Origin: an uncultured Chloroflexia bacterium
GTDB taxonomy: Bacteria > Chloroflexota > Limnocylindria > Limnocylindrales > CSP1-4
DNA length: 64,000 bases
Assembly: GCA_963752475.1 (NCBI GenBank)
Contig: CAVVYR010000005.1
Location: 1-64,000 of the forward strand
Direction of reading: 5' to 3'
The position numbers and the translations under genes were made by a program. Shown piece after piece: positions 1-10,124 of this stretch (position 1 is its first letter; each line of letters starts with the position of its first letter). The notes under the pieces are model-generated. The model did not search any database and had not been told where the DNA came from. It worked only from the letters and a program-made list of their open reading frames with translations.

Positions 1-92
1 GACGCGTGTGCCGAGACGGTCCCGGAGCTGGAGCCCCTCGGCACGGGCGGCGCCGTGGCCTGTATCCGTGCCGACGAGATCGCGAAAGGTGC

Positions 93-515
93 CTAGCCGC
101 TCTCGGTGGCGTCCGGCGCGATCAGTCGCAGGCTGGGGAAGTAGGTGCGATAGCGGCCCGCGTCGCGTGTGAGCAACGCGTGGCCAGCGACGGCCGCATG
201 GGCCCCGATGTAGAAGTCGGGCGGTGGTGAGCGTCGCAGCCCACCGGCGGCGCGATAGCACCCGAACGCCTTGCCCGCCAGGAAGGCCGCTTCGAAGGGC
301 AGACCTTCGCGACGGAACACGTCCTGCGGCAACACCTCCTCGAGAGCCTCGATGGTGTCGAAGCCGACCGAGAGCTCGGCGTAGATGAGCGCGTTGACGA
401 TCAGGACCGACTCGTCAGCGACTCGCTGGAGCGATGCGCTGGACCAGGCGCCCCAGACAGCATCGTCGGTGATGACATCGATGAGGACGTTGCTGTCGAC
501 GAGGACGGCTGTCAC
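93..515 (-). CDS. vapC: PIN-domain toxin (VapC family)
   Basis: N-terminal VLVDSNVLID PIN motif and C-terminal PDFYIGAHA...LLTRD; overlaps the upstream AbrB-type antitoxin. Confidence 0.9.
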   Translation of the reverse strand: MTAVLVDSNVLIDVITDDAVWGAWSSASLQRVADESVLIVNALIYAELSVGFDTIEALEEVLPQDVFRREGLPFEAAFLAGKAFGCYRAAGGLRRSPPPDFYIGAHAAVAGHALLTRDAGRYRTYFPSLRLIAPDATESG

Positions 516-751
516 TCATCTCCTCGTGTGAGGGCCATGAGCTCTTCGGTACTCATCGACACGTTCGTAGCGCCACCACGCAGACGTGCGACCGTCCGCT
601 CTCCGCGGCTGGGCCGCTTCGAAGCCTTCGCCTTGACGATCCTCACGGCGCCGCCCTCGACGATGAACTCGACCTCCGTCTCGGGCAGTAGGCCGGCCTG
701 CTCCCGCACCGCCTGGGGGATGGTCACCTGCCCCTTGGATGTGATGCGCAC
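512..751 (-). CDS. vapB: AbrB/MazE/SpoVT-family antitoxin
   Basis: VRITSKGQVTIP motif; GTG start at 751 preceded by a GGAGA RBS. Confidence 0.88.
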   Translation of the reverse strand: MRITSKGQVTIPQAVREQAGLLPETEVEFIVEGGAVRIVKAKASKRPSRGERTVARLRGGATNVSMSTEELMALTRGDE

Positions 752-761
752 GACGTCGTCT

Positions 762-789
762 CCATTCTTACTGACAGAAGTAAGAATGG
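762..789. promoter_or_regulatory. Inverted repeat, probable antitoxin operator
   Basis: CCATTCTTAC-N8-GTAAGAATGG, a perfect 10-bp inverted repeat immediately upstream of the antitoxin start. Confidence 0.7.
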
Positions 790-1027
790 CAGCGCCAAAC
801 GCCGGGTTCGAGCGCCCTCGGATCATCCGAGTCGACGAGCGCCGGCTTCGATGCACATCCTCGGAGCATGGGAATGGGCGCTGATCCGGCACTTGCTCGC
901 GCCATCGCTGCCACTTCGTTCCCGCTCATTCGGCTCACTGGGTCGGAAGAGCCCAAGCTCGACATGCGGGTGCACGAACCCGGTGTGGACGGAGAGGGCC
1001 ACCGTTCAGGGCGACCCCCTCCAGGAC

Positions 1028-2656
1028 TCAGCGAGCGAACCGCAGGACGCTGTTGTCGCCGTCGACCGAGACGTAGATCGAACCATCGGGACCGACCGCC
1101 ACGCCGTTGAAGTTGCCGTGCGGGAACGCCCCCGGGATGACACGGTCTCCGAGCGCCAGGCCCTCGATGACCACGCTCTTCGCGCCGCTGTCGAGGTCGA
1201 TGGCCGTGACCTGGCCGAGTCCCTGCTCGACGACCAGCAAGCGATCGCCGTCGAGCGCGAGGCCTTCGGGCCCTGCGAGCTCCGTCGCCAGCGTCGTGGG
1301 TTCGCCATCGGCCGGCACGGCGAAGACGGTCCCCTGGGCCCAGTCCGCGACGTACAGCGTCTGGCCGTCTGAGGCCAGGCCGAGCGGCAGCGCCAGTCCA
1401 CCGAGGAGCTCCTCGCCCGTGGCCGCGTCGACCACGTTGTTGCCCTCGGGCAGGCCGCCCTGGCTGGCCACCAGCCGCTCTCCATGCCGGATGGCGTTGG
1501 TCGGCGCGGCCAGCGTGCGGATGTCCTCCTTCACCTCGTTCGTGGCGGGGTCGAACACCTGGACGTAGTTGCCGAACCAACTGGTAGTGATGAGGTCGCT
1601 ACCGTCAGCCGCGACCGTGAAGCCCGTGGCCGGCACGCTGCCGGGTGGGTCGAATCGGTCGTAGAAGGCTGTCTCAGGCTGACCGCTCTCGTCGTAGCTG
1701 CGCAGCACGAACAGATCGCCGACGGCCCAGAGCGTCCCGTCGTCGGTCACAGCCACGCCTGCAGGCGCGGTGAAGCCCGGCTCGTTGATGGCCGTGAGTT
1801 CCCCATCCGGATCCCGCCGCCAGACCTGCCCTTCGGCTGAAGCCACGGCGAAGAGGCGGTCGTCGGCATCGAAGGCCATGTTGTCGAGCGTGCCCTCGAT
1901 GTCGATGAGAACCTCGCGCTCGCCACTATCGAGGTCGACCCGCAGGACCTGACCCTCGGCCAGGTCGAGCGCATGCAGGGTTCCGGATGAGTCGAACTTG
2001 ACCGAGGTCGGGACCCGTAGGCCCTCGACCACGAACTCGGCGGTCGGCTCCTCGGCGTCGACATCGATGCGGACCACGCCGCCACCGAACTGGAGTGGGC
2101 CGTAGAGCATCCCATCGGGGCCGAAGTCCATGCCGTTCAGGGAGACGATATCCTCGATCACGACCTGTGGCGGCTCGACCAACTCGGGATCGAGCTCGTA
2201 GAGGCCATCGCCCATGAACACGCGAGCCACGAATAGGCGGCCATCGTCGGACATGGTGATGGGGTTCACGCCGGGCCCGATCTGCTGGACCGTGAACGAG
2301 CCATCGGGCTTGAGCATGCCCACGTTGCCGCCGAGGATCTCGGTCCAGTAGACGGTGCCGTCGTCGGTCACGAAGACATCGTCCGGGCCGTGGACACCTC
2401 GCTCGGGCCCGATGCGGTCGAGCACCTCGCCCGTGTCGGGATCCTGCACGGTGATCTCGTCGCCGAACACGCTGGCGGCGTAGACGTTGCCGTCGGGGCC
2501 CACGTAGACACCGTTGGCGCTGTTGAGCACCGACGACTGCCAGATGGGCTCGCCTTCGGCTGCGGGATAGGGCTCGGTCTGGGCGAGCGTGGCGCCCGGG
2601 AACATGGTGGCTGCCAGCGCTGCTGCAGCCAAGGTGGTCAGGTTGCGCTTCTGCAC
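1028..2656 (-). CDS. Secreted SMP-30/gluconolactonase/NHL-like beta-propeller protein
   Basis: Signal peptide followed by repeated GPDG..Y, P.G.A and DNMAFD blade motifs; GTG start after GGAGG. Confidence 0.8.
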   Translation of the reverse strand: MQKRNLTTLAAAALAATMFPGATLAQTEPYPAAEGEPIWQSSVLNSANGVYVGPDGNVYAASVFGDEITVQDPDTGEVLDRIGPERGVHGPDDVFVTDDGTVYWTEILGGNVGMLKPDGSFTVQQIGPGVNPITMSDDGRLFVARVFMGDGLYELDPELVEPPQVVIEDIVSLNGMDFGPDGMLYGPLQFGGGVVRIDVDAEEPTAEFVVEGLRVPTSVKFDSSGTLHALDLAEGQVLRVDLDSGEREVLIDIEGTLDNMAFDADDRLFAVASAEGQVWRRDPDGELTAINEPGFTAPAGVAVTDDGTLWAVGDLFVLRSYDESGQPETAFYDRFDPPGSVPATGFTVAADGSDLITTSWFGNYVQVFDPATNEVKEDIRTLAAPTNAIRHGERLVASQGGLPEGNNVVDAATGEELLGGLALPLGLASDGQTLYVADWAQGTVFAVPADGEPTTLATELAGPEGLALDGDRLLVVEQGLGQVTAIDLDSGAKSVVIEGLALGDRVIPGAFPHGNFNGVAVGPDGSIYVSVDGDNSVLRFAR

Positions 2657-2802
2657 GAAGCGTCCTCCTTCTCCCCCTCGGAGGGGTGCGGCCATAGAGC
2701 CCCCCTGCACCCCTCACCTACAAGACACACGGCGGCGGAAGAAGGTTCATCGGCGCAGGCGGTGCCGTGGCCCGCATCCGCGCCGATGAGATCGCGCGGT
2801 GC

Positions 2803-3339
2803 CTAGACGGCCTCGCAGGTCAACGAGGAGACATACGTGCCGGTGGAGGTGCCGTCGTCGTTCGGTGCGGCAACGCCGGTCTCGGCGTAGCTGCCGCTTG
2901 CCATCAGCGTGCCGCCGGGCACGATGGTGTAGACGTCGGCCTCGAAGGTGTTGCTGCCGTCCTCGTTGACCGTGCCGTTGCCGGCGTAGTCAAGCTGCAG
3001 CGTGCCGCTGCCACAGCCCTCCATCATGCCTGCGAAGTGCGCGGTGCCGAAGCTCCTGAACGTGCCGTCATCAGGGTTCGGGGCGTAGGACCCGTTGAGC
3101 ACGAGGATGCCGTCGAGGGCGCCCGATGCCTGCTGCGGGTTGCTGTACGTGAGCACGAACGGATTGCCGGCCTCATCTGGGCCGCACGGTGCCATGTCGG
3201 AGCCCTGCCCGAACTCGCACGTCGGGTTCAGCAGGAAGGTCAGGGCGATCTCGCCCTCGGTCTGGGCCGCTGCGGCGGCTGGGATCATGGCGGCCGCGAA
3301 GACTGTCGCGGCCAGAGTGGTCAGGTGTCGCTTCTTCAC
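2803..3339 (-). CDS. Secreted hypothetical protein
   Basis: Signal peptide MKKRHLTTLAATVFAAAMIPAAAAA; GGAGG RBS. Confidence 0.75.
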   Translation of the reverse strand: MKKRHLTTLAATVFAAAMIPAAAAAQTEGEIALTFLLNPTCEFGQGSDMAPCGPDEAGNPFVLTYSNPQQASGALDGILVLNGSYAPNPDDGTFRSFGTAHFAGMMEGCGSGTLQLDYAGNGTVNEDGSNTFEADVYTIVPGGTLMASGSYAETGVAAPNDDGTSTGTYVSSLTCEAV

Positions 3340-3562
3340 GAAGCGTCCTCCATCTCCCCCCTTGGAAAGGCGCGGCTGCAGAGCCCCCGCTCACCGCACC
3401 CCTCATGTGGAAGAGTACCCTGCCCGCGGAACCGCAATATGGCCAGGATGCCGACGTCGTTCCGACGTAGGCCCTCTATTCCCTTGGGTATCGCGACGGG
3501 CCGGGCTTGTCCCGGTATCGGAGACTTCCCATGGCCCTGGTGGCTGCGTGATACTTCGGACC

Positions 3563-3805
3563 ATGGATGAGGCCGAACCGGACGGTCCGGAGGTCGTCTA
3601 CTACGACAACGGCAACGTCAAGCACCGCGGTGGCTACCTCGACGGCGAGATGCATGGACCGTGGGAGTTCTTCCGACGCGATGGCTCGACGATGCGCACG
3701 GGCACGTTCGACCGTGGGAAGCAGGTCGGCATCTGGCGCACGTACGACCACGAGTCGATCGTGACCAAGGAGACCGACCTCGGGGATGGCGACGAGGACA
3801 CCTGA
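3563..3805 (+). CDS. MORN-variant repeat protein (YwqK-like)
   Basis: YYDNGNVKHRGGYLDGEMHGPWEFFRRDG / GTFDRGKQVGIWRTYD repeats. Confidence 0.75.
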   Translation: MDEAEPDGPEVVYYDNGNVKHRGGYLDGEMHGPWEFFRRDGSTMRTGTFDRGKQVGIWRTYDHESIVTKETDLGDGDEDT

Positions 3806-3901
3806 CGAACTGCCTGACCGCCTCCATTACCCGTCTCGCTGTCGCACCCGTACGGACGGCGTGCTGACCTCTCGAGGGCTGGCTGCTAGGTTGCGACCAC
3901 G

Positions 3902-4921
3902 ATGTCCCGATCCACCCGCGCCGGTCGCTTCCTGTTGGTGGTGGCGGCTGGGCTCCTGATCGCTCCGGGCGCCACCGTCGCATCCGACGCACGAGAGCTG
4001 GAGACGGCGGCGCCGGTCCGATACGTCGGCAACGGCAAGCCCTCGAGCTGCACGGCCAAGCGAGTCGTGCAGGCAGTGGCGCGGGGCGGTGTCATCCGGT
4101 TCCGCTGCGGCCCCAAGCCCATCACGATCAAGATGACCGCCACCGCCAAGGTGCGCAACGACCGACCATCGGTGGTGCTGGATGGTGGCGGCAAGGTCAC
4201 GCTCGACGGTATGGGCAAGCGCCGGATCCTGTACATGAATACCTGCGACCCGAAGCAGGTCTGGACCACGCCCCACTGCCAGAACCAGGCTCATCCGACC
4301 CTGACGGTGAAGAGCATCACGTTCAAGAACGGGCGATCGGTCGGCCGAGGCACACAGGATGGGGGCGGCGCGATCTTCGTGCGCGGTGGGCGACTGAGGG
4401 TGATCGACTCGAAGTTCTTCGGCAACCGCTGTGCGCCTACCGGGCCCGATGTCGCCGGTGGGGCGATCCAGGTGTTCTCGCAGTACCAGGGCCTGCCGGT
4501 CTACGTCGTGAACAGCACGTTCGGCGGCCCGAAGGGCAAGGGCAACCGGTGCTCCAACGGCGGCGCGATCGGCAGCATCGGCGTCTCGTGGACCATCGTC
4601 AGCAGCCGCTTCGCCGGCAACACGGCCACGGGGCGTGGCGCGAACCCACCGAAGTCAGGCCTGCCCGGCGGTGGCAACGGTGGCGCCATCTACAACGATG
4701 GCAACACCATGACGTTGAAGGTGCAGGGCTCGAGGATCGCCAGCAACCGCTCCAATGGTGAAGGCGGAAGCGGCATCTTCTTCGTCAGCAACGATCGCTC
4801 TGGCGTCGTGCGCATCGTCAACTCGGTCATGCGCAACAACCGCGGGGACGGCTTCAAGACGCATCCCGGCATCTTCTTCCTCGGTCGTCGCATCTCCTTC
4901 GCCAAGACCATCCTGGAGTAG
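3902..4921 (+). CDS. Secreted pectin-lyase-like beta-helix protein
   Basis: Signal peptide; repeated GGAI motifs with F.GN.A. Confidence 0.75.
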   Translation: MSRSTRAGRFLLVVAAGLLIAPGATVASDARELETAAPVRYVGNGKPSSCTAKRVVQAVARGGVIRFRCGPKPITIKMTATAKVRNDRPSVVLDGGGKVTLDGMGKRRILYMNTCDPKQVWTTPHCQNQAHPTLTVKSITFKNGRSVGRGTQDGGGAIFVRGGRLRVIDSKFFGNRCAPTGPDVAGGAIQVFSQYQGLPVYVVNSTFGGPKGKGNRCSNGGAIGSIGVSWTIVSSRFAGNTATGRGANPPKSGLPGGGNGGAIYNDGNTMTLKVQGSRIASNRSNGEGGSGIFFVSNDRSGVVRIVNSVMRNNRGDGFKTHPGIFFLGRRISFAKTILE

Positions 4922-5220
4922 GGACTCCGCAGACGGCAGCGGCGGCGGTCTCGCGCAGCGGCATCGGTCGCGCACGGCGCTGGCCGTGAGCCGGCGGTCG
5001 CGCGTGCCATGGCCGCCCGCCCATGGGCGCGCGGCCGTTCAGTCAGGACCTGTGGAGTCTGCGCGTTTCCTGTGATGCGACGGTAGCCCTTGTCAAGGTG
5101 GAGCCGTATCGGCATAGTCAGGTCGCGATCCCGACGGGCGGCTCGTCGCTCGCCGGACAAGACCGGGCTCGTCCTCCCAGCCCCCGATATCGGTTGCCTC
5201 ACAGGCAGGGAGGACAGAGC

Positions 5221-6537
5221 ATGAAAGCCATCCAGCCCCGATCGATGACCCTGATCGTGGCCATCGGCCTCATCATCCCCCTCGTCATTCCCGTGCCCGC
5301 CATGGCGCAGGACGCCGAAGCCGCCGAGCCCGGATCGGCAGAGGCGACGGAGACCGCCACAGCCCAGAAGACCGCCCTGGTACGGTTCCTCGACGCCTCA
5401 CACGCCGGCAGCATGGACTTCCATGTCGACGACGCCCCCATGGTCGTCGGGCTGCCCGATGACGGCATCACCGAGTACATGGAGGTTCCCGCGGGCAAGC
5501 GACGGATCACCGTGGTGGCTACAGATCCGCCGTCCACCGACGAAGTCAAGGTCAAGCTCAAGCCCGGCACCAGGACCACCATCGCCGGCACCTCCGGGAA
5601 CGATGATTCGTCGGTCACGGTGGTACGGGCCATCAAGGACAAGCCCAAGCCGGTCGTGGGGTCTGCTCGGCTGCGGATCGTCAACCTCTGCTCGACCTGC
5701 GGCGACGTGGACGTGATGCCGGATGGCAAGAAGAAGCAACGCCTGGCCAGGAAGCTCAAGTTCCCGAAGGCCACCAAGGATCTGAACGTGCAGCCGGGCG
5801 AACTTGACCTCAAGGTCAAGCCAGCAGACAAGAACCAACAGACCTGGGACATCGAGCCCATCGTTCTCGAGGGCAGCACCGCCGGCACTCTCTTCCTGAC
5901 GCGCTGGATCATCGACGACACGTTCAAGCCCATCTTCGTCGCCGAGGGCGGAGCCTCCAGCCTCATGGCCCTGAACCCCGCCCGCGAGGGCATGCCGGTG
6001 GACGTCTACGTCGACGGCAAGCTTGCAGCCCAGAAGCTGGGCCCCGGATCGTTCCGTAAGCCCGCGAAGCTCGCCAGCGGGGAGCACCTGGTGCAGGTCG
6101 TCGAGACCGGCGCAGCGCCGGTCGACGGGGTACTCGTGGAGGAGACGCTCGATCTCGAGCCGGGGCCGCTGGCCGTGATCGTGGGGGTCGGCAGTTCGCT
6201 CGAGGCCGCTCCGGCGCTCACGTCTCGGGCGCCCGCCGCGGAGACGCCCCAGATCCGGTTCGTTCACGCGGACGCGGAGACACCGGCCCTCGATGTCGAG
6301 CTCCGAGATCTCGACCCGATCCTCGATCTGGAGTTCGGAGAGTCGACCGACTACATCACGCTGGCCGACCAATCGTCGTACGCGTGGTTCCGCCCGGCCG
6401 ACGGCTCGGGTGGGCCGTTCCACGAGATGCCGCTCGACCTGGGCCCGGGGAACTACACCGCCTATGTCGGCGGTACGCCCGAGCCTCCGACGATCGACAT
6501 CGTCATCGTGCCGGACAAGCTGGGCAAGAAGAAGTAG
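5221..6537 (+). CDS. Secreted DUF4397-domain protein
   Basis: Signal peptide; repeated VRF..AS / RIVN / RFVHA..D.PALDV modules. Confidence 0.75.
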   Translation: MKAIQPRSMTLIVAIGLIIPLVIPVPAMAQDAEAAEPGSAEATETATAQKTALVRFLDASHAGSMDFHVDDAPMVVGLPDDGITEYMEVPAGKRRITVVATDPPSTDEVKVKLKPGTRTTIAGTSGNDDSSVTVVRAIKDKPKPVVGSARLRIVNLCSTCGDVDVMPDGKKKQRLARKLKFPKATKDLNVQPGELDLKVKPADKNQQTWDIEPIVLEGSTAGTLFLTRWIIDDTFKPIFVAEGGASSLMALNPAREGMPVDVYVDGKLAAQKLGPGSFRKPAKLASGEHLVQVVETGAAPVDGVLVEETLDLEPGPLAVIVGVGSSLEAAPALTSRAPAAETPQIRFVHADAETPALDVELRDLDPILDLEFGESTDYITLADQSSYAWFRPADGSGGPFHEMPLDLGPGNYTAYVGGTPEPPTIDIVIVPDKLGKKK

Positions 6538-6626
6538 TCCGAGCGAACAACCTGAGGAAGGCTGGCCGGGACGACCCTCGATCCGAACGGTGGACCTGGA
6601 CCGCGCAGACCCGGCCGGGTGTGGGG

Positions 6627-7346
6627 TCAAGCGCGGGGCTGTGGCGAGGGCCGGTAGCCGTGGCCGGCCAGCCATGCGCGTGCCCGGCCCTGGCTGCGTT
6701 CGTCTGCGAAGCGGTGGAATCGCTCCAGTTCGCCGATGCCCGCGAGGCTCTCCTTGAAACGCCGGAACACGCCGCGTCCGTGGAGTCGGTCCGCTAGACG
6801 CTGTGCGATCGCTTCGTCCTCGATCGTGTCGAGGAAGGCGACCATGTCGTCATAGCCCGGGCCCGAGCCATCCGAGTGGATGACCAACCAGCGGTCGGGA
6901 TCGTCGTCCTCGTCTTCTTCGTCATCCAGGTACGAGTCGAACATCGGCGTCTCGTGGAAGACTTCGCCGGTGTGCAGGTCGAGTCGCCCGCCAGTGAGCA
7001 TCGGGTCGCCCTCCATGGCGGACGAGAGTTCGTCCAAATCCACCGGAAGGGGCCGGAGCAGCGGGGCCGGCGCGATTCCCAGCGCTGCGTCGAGCTGGTC
7101 AGCCAGGTCCTGATCACCCTCCCAGTAGCGCTCGCGAAGGGCAGCACCGGCAACAGACGCAAGGTCGGCTGCACCGTCCACGTGCTGCGCCAGTGCGGCG
7201 AGCAGCCCGTCTCCCGTGAGCTGCAGGGCGGACATCGGGACCTCGCTCGCCAGCGCTGCCACCACACCCGCGCCATCGCCCCGGTAGGCCGCTCCCCGCA
7301 GGTCACGCAGGCGCTCGTCTGGCAGATCGGTCGTCAGCATGGGCAT
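6627..7346 (-). CDS. UPF0158-family protein
   Basis: VDLDELSSAME...LDLHTGEV and GRGVFRRFKE motifs. Confidence 0.75.
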   Translation of the reverse strand: MPMLTTDLPDERLRDLRGAAYRGDGAGVVAALASEVPMSALQLTGDGLLAALAQHVDGAADLASVAGAALRERYWEGDQDLADQLDAALGIAPAPLLRPLPVDLDELSSAMEGDPMLTGGRLDLHTGEVFHETPMFDSYLDDEEDEDDDPDRWLVIHSDGSGPGYDDMVAFLDTIEDEAIAQRLADRLHGRGVFRRFKESLAGIGELERFHRFADERSQGRARAWLAGHGYRPSPQPRA

Positions 7347-7416
7347 GACCAGATGAGTGTACGGCGACCTCGCGCCGCGGGCAGTCGCTCGGAGAACAGC
7401 GGGTCCAGCGAGAGGG

Positions 7417-7821
7417 TCAGGCGGTCAGGACGGAGAGACCGATGGCGCGGGCTGCCTGTGCCTGGCGAATGTCGAACGTCAGGAAGCCGACGCCTGGCGC
7501 GGAGATCCGCTGTGCGGCAGCGAGATGGAGCGCGTCAAGCGTTCGCACACCGGTAGACTCCGCGATCAACGCGGCCGAATCGCATGTCGCCTCGTCGAGT
7601 TCGATGATCGAGATGGAGCGCAGGTCATGGGCGAAAGCCGCTCGGGCGGCGGCGAGATCGCGCCCCGAGAGCAAGCGAGCCAGGTTCCGACGGACTTCCA
7701 CGATCGTGTGTCTGGCCGTGAGAAGCATGCTGTCGGCCTGCAGCAGGGCATCAGCGTCGGCGGAGTCGGCCTCGTCCACGTAGCGCTTGAGCAAGGCGCT
7801 CGCAGCGACGTACGTACTCAT
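7417..7821 (-). CDS. vapC: PIN-domain toxin (VapC family)
   Basis: YV.ASALLKRYVDE and RTLDALHLAAA...FLTFD motifs; the first catalytic Asp appears to be replaced by Ala. Confidence 0.85.
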   Translation of the reverse strand: MSTYVAASALLKRYVDEADSADADALLQADSMLLTARHTIVEVRRNLARLLSGRDLAAARAAFAHDLRSISIIELDEATCDSAALIAESTGVRTLDALHLAAAQRISAPGVGFLTFDIRQAQAARAIGLSVLTA

Positions 7822-8079
7822 TCACCACGGTCCTCGGCCAAGACATCGAGTACGCGCCCGGTTGCCTTCGCTCGATGCACTGGGCCAAGTGGCGAACCGG
7901 TCCCCGGAGTGATCCGATCCAGTGCGGATCCCCTCCTCGATCCGTGCGCGGCCGGGCACCGGTCCGAGCACCGCCTTGGGGCGGCCACGGTGGGTGACCT
8001 GCACGACCTCACCTCGCTCCGCTCGGTCGAGGTACTCGGACAGGTGCTGTTTCAGTTCGCGGATGCCGATCTCAGCCAT
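7818..8079 (-). pseudogene. Phd/YefM-family antitoxin with apparent +1 frameshift near 7916
   Basis: IGIRELKQHLSEYLDRAERGEVVQVTHRGRP N-terminus; the typical ...VLDVLAEDRGE C-terminus is in another frame. Confidence 0.75.
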
Positions 8080-8111
8080 GTGTACACATTAGCATGCGGA
8101 TGTGTCCACAT
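8078..8111. promoter_or_regulatory. Tandem palindromic operators over a leaderless promoter
   Basis: ATGTGTACACAT (8078-8089) and ATGTGTCCACAT (8100-8111); on the minus strand TGC-TAATGT lies 6 nt before the ATG. Confidence 0.65.
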
Positions 8112-8168
8112 TGGGGATGCCCGACGCCGGAGAACAGACCGGGAATACCAGGAAGCAGACGCGAGTGC

Positions 8169-8708
8169 TCAGGGATGCTCCGGTCGTCCCCATCCTGGGC
8201 GTAGCGGAGGCAGGTCCACACCTCGAGGATCCGGAGGGAGCGGATCCTCCCCGTCGTCGGCATCCCAGCGACGGCCGTACTGGTCAGGGATGGTGCCCCA
8301 GCCCCAGTAGGCGAGCGGTGTCGCAGGAAGGATGCCCAGCTCCAGCTCTGGATCGATGCGCTCGGGCGCGACCGTGCACAGATGGGCCCAGTCGTCTCCC
8401 AGGTCGAACGTATACAGGAACTGCTCGCCGGGCTTGAGGCGCGACAGCCTTGTCCGTCGGTCGTCGAGCGATGGGCCGAATTCGTCCTCGTCACCGTAGG
8501 GAGTGGTCAGGCGGGTACCGTCCGCCAGGTGGAACTCGTGCAGGTGTGACAGGTCCCAGCGGGCGAAGCTGTCATCGATGGCGGCGGCGAGCGCGGCGAA
8601 GGTGTGGCGTCGAGCGGCGGCAAAGATGCGACCTGGCCGCGGCCATAGGCGCTCCCCGTGCCCTTCGACGAGATCGACCCTGATCGACAGCCACGTCCGA
8701 CTCATCAT
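8169..8708 (-). CDS. Plasmid pRiA4b ORF-3 family protein
   Basis: TFAALAAAIDDSFARWDLSHLHEF and YTFDLGDDWAH motifs. Confidence 0.75.
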   Translation of the reverse strand: MMSRTWLSIRVDLVEGHGERLWPRPGRIFAAARRHTFAALAAAIDDSFARWDLSHLHEFHLADGTRLTTPYGDEDEFGPSLDDRRTRLSRLKPGEQFLYTFDLGDDWAHLCTVAPERIDPELELGILPATPLAYWGWGTIPDQYGRRWDADDGEDPLPPDPRGVDLPPLRPGWGRPEHP

Positions 8709-8965
8709 TCGTCTCCCTTCATCCCGGCTCGCCGAGACCGGCATGGCGACTGGTCGGGCGACCAGCCGGCACGCGATACTACGAGTGTCGAGCACGATAG
8801 CCGCAACGTGGCGGTCGAGCTAGCGGTCCAGCACCGTCGTCGACACGCGTGAAACGCATGGGTCGGGAGGTCACATCGGCGCCAGCCGCCCAGGTGCATC
8901 GGCACGAGGAGCGAACACGACCCGTCCATTGGCACCTCCACGAACGGGTCACGGCTGGTGTCGAA

Positions 8966-8981
8966 TCACTCGTTCGGGTGA
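8966..8981. promoter_or_regulatory. LuxR/NarL-type box
   Basis: TCACTC-GTTC-GGGTGA about 80 bp upstream of a USP gene. Confidence 0.55.
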
Positions 8982-9061
8982 GCACGCCTGTGGACCCAGC
9001 CGCTACGCTGCCTGCACGACTGGGGATGGTCACCGCTGACGCCTGAACCGGGAGGTCGGCC

Positions 9062-9994
9062 ATGAATGACGCGCACCGAGAACCGTTCCGGGTGCTCCTC
9101 GCCACCGATGACTCGCCATCGGCGCGCAACGCGGAGACATGGGTGGCGCATGCGCGGTGGCCGGAGCCTTGCGTCGTCGACGTCCTCTGTGTGGCGAGTC
9201 ATGGGGTGGGGCGACGGGGCTGGCCCACCCCCTCAGACCGGTCGGCCGTCAGCCGGGCCATCGAGCAACTGCGAGAGAGCGAGGTGATGGCTGCCGAGCG
9301 CATCTCCAACGAGGTCGCCATCCGGCTCCAGCATGCTGGGTTGACGACCCGATCCTGGGCGCGTCAGGGTGAGGTTTGGACCCACCAGGGCAACGTGGCA
9401 TCGGAGATCCTTGCCACGGTCGATCTCGAACGACCGGATGTGGTCGTGGTCGGTCCACGAGGCCGCTCGGGCCTCGTCCAGCTGCTGCTCGGCAGCGTTT
9501 CACGGCGGATCATCGCGGAGTCGCGCTCGCCCGTCCTGGTGGCACGCAAGCCCGGGTTCGTCGATGACCGGCGGTTGCCCCACGGCCTACTCGTGCTTGT
9601 CGACGGCACCAGGACGACCGACAGTGCGATCGACTGGCTGATCTCGTCGGGCTGGGCCACAGGGTCGCGGGTCACACTGCTGGCGCTACTGGGCTTCCCG
9701 CCGGGTGTGGAGTACGACGATCCTGAACTCGTATCCCAGGTGAACCAGGCCCTGCAGAGCGATGCCGCGGCCACGCTCGAGGAGCTGACCGCACGCCTCG
9801 TGGCGCACGGTGCCGAGGTCAATTCGATGTTCGAACAAGGGCATCCGCACGAGGCGGCCGTGCGGGTCGCCGACCAACTCGAGCCGGACGCCATCGTCGT
9901 TGCCAGACCATCCGGCCAACGGGCCAATGAGCCGTTCGCCGAGAACGTCGCTCGCTACGCCTCGCTATCCACACTCGTCATCCCAGAGCCATAG
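9062..9994 (+). CDS. Universal stress protein (tandem USP domains)
   Basis: VLLATDDS and VVGPRGRSG...LLGSVS...PVLVAR. Confidence 0.9.
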   Translation: MNDAHREPFRVLLATDDSPSARNAETWVAHARWPEPCVVDVLCVASHGVGRRGWPTPSDRSAVSRAIEQLRESEVMAAERISNEVAIRLQHAGLTTRSWARQGEVWTHQGNVASEILATVDLERPDVVVVGPRGRSGLVQLLLGSVSRRIIAESRSPVLVARKPGFVDDRRLPHGLLVLVDGTRTTDSAIDWLISSGWATGSRVTLLALLGFPPGVEYDDPELVSQVNQALQSDAAATLEELTARLVAHGAEVNSMFEQGHPHEAAVRVADQLEPDAIVVARPSGQRANEPFAENVARYASLSTLVIPEP

Positions 9995-10124
9995 ACCGCC
10001 CTTGCGGGCGGCAACAGCCTCGGCCACGCCACCAGGCAGGGACGGTCGGAAGGGCGGTTGTCAGGCCGCCGGTCAGGACGTTCGGCCCTGCTACTTGCCT
10101 CCCCTGCGGACCAGAATCCTGGCC

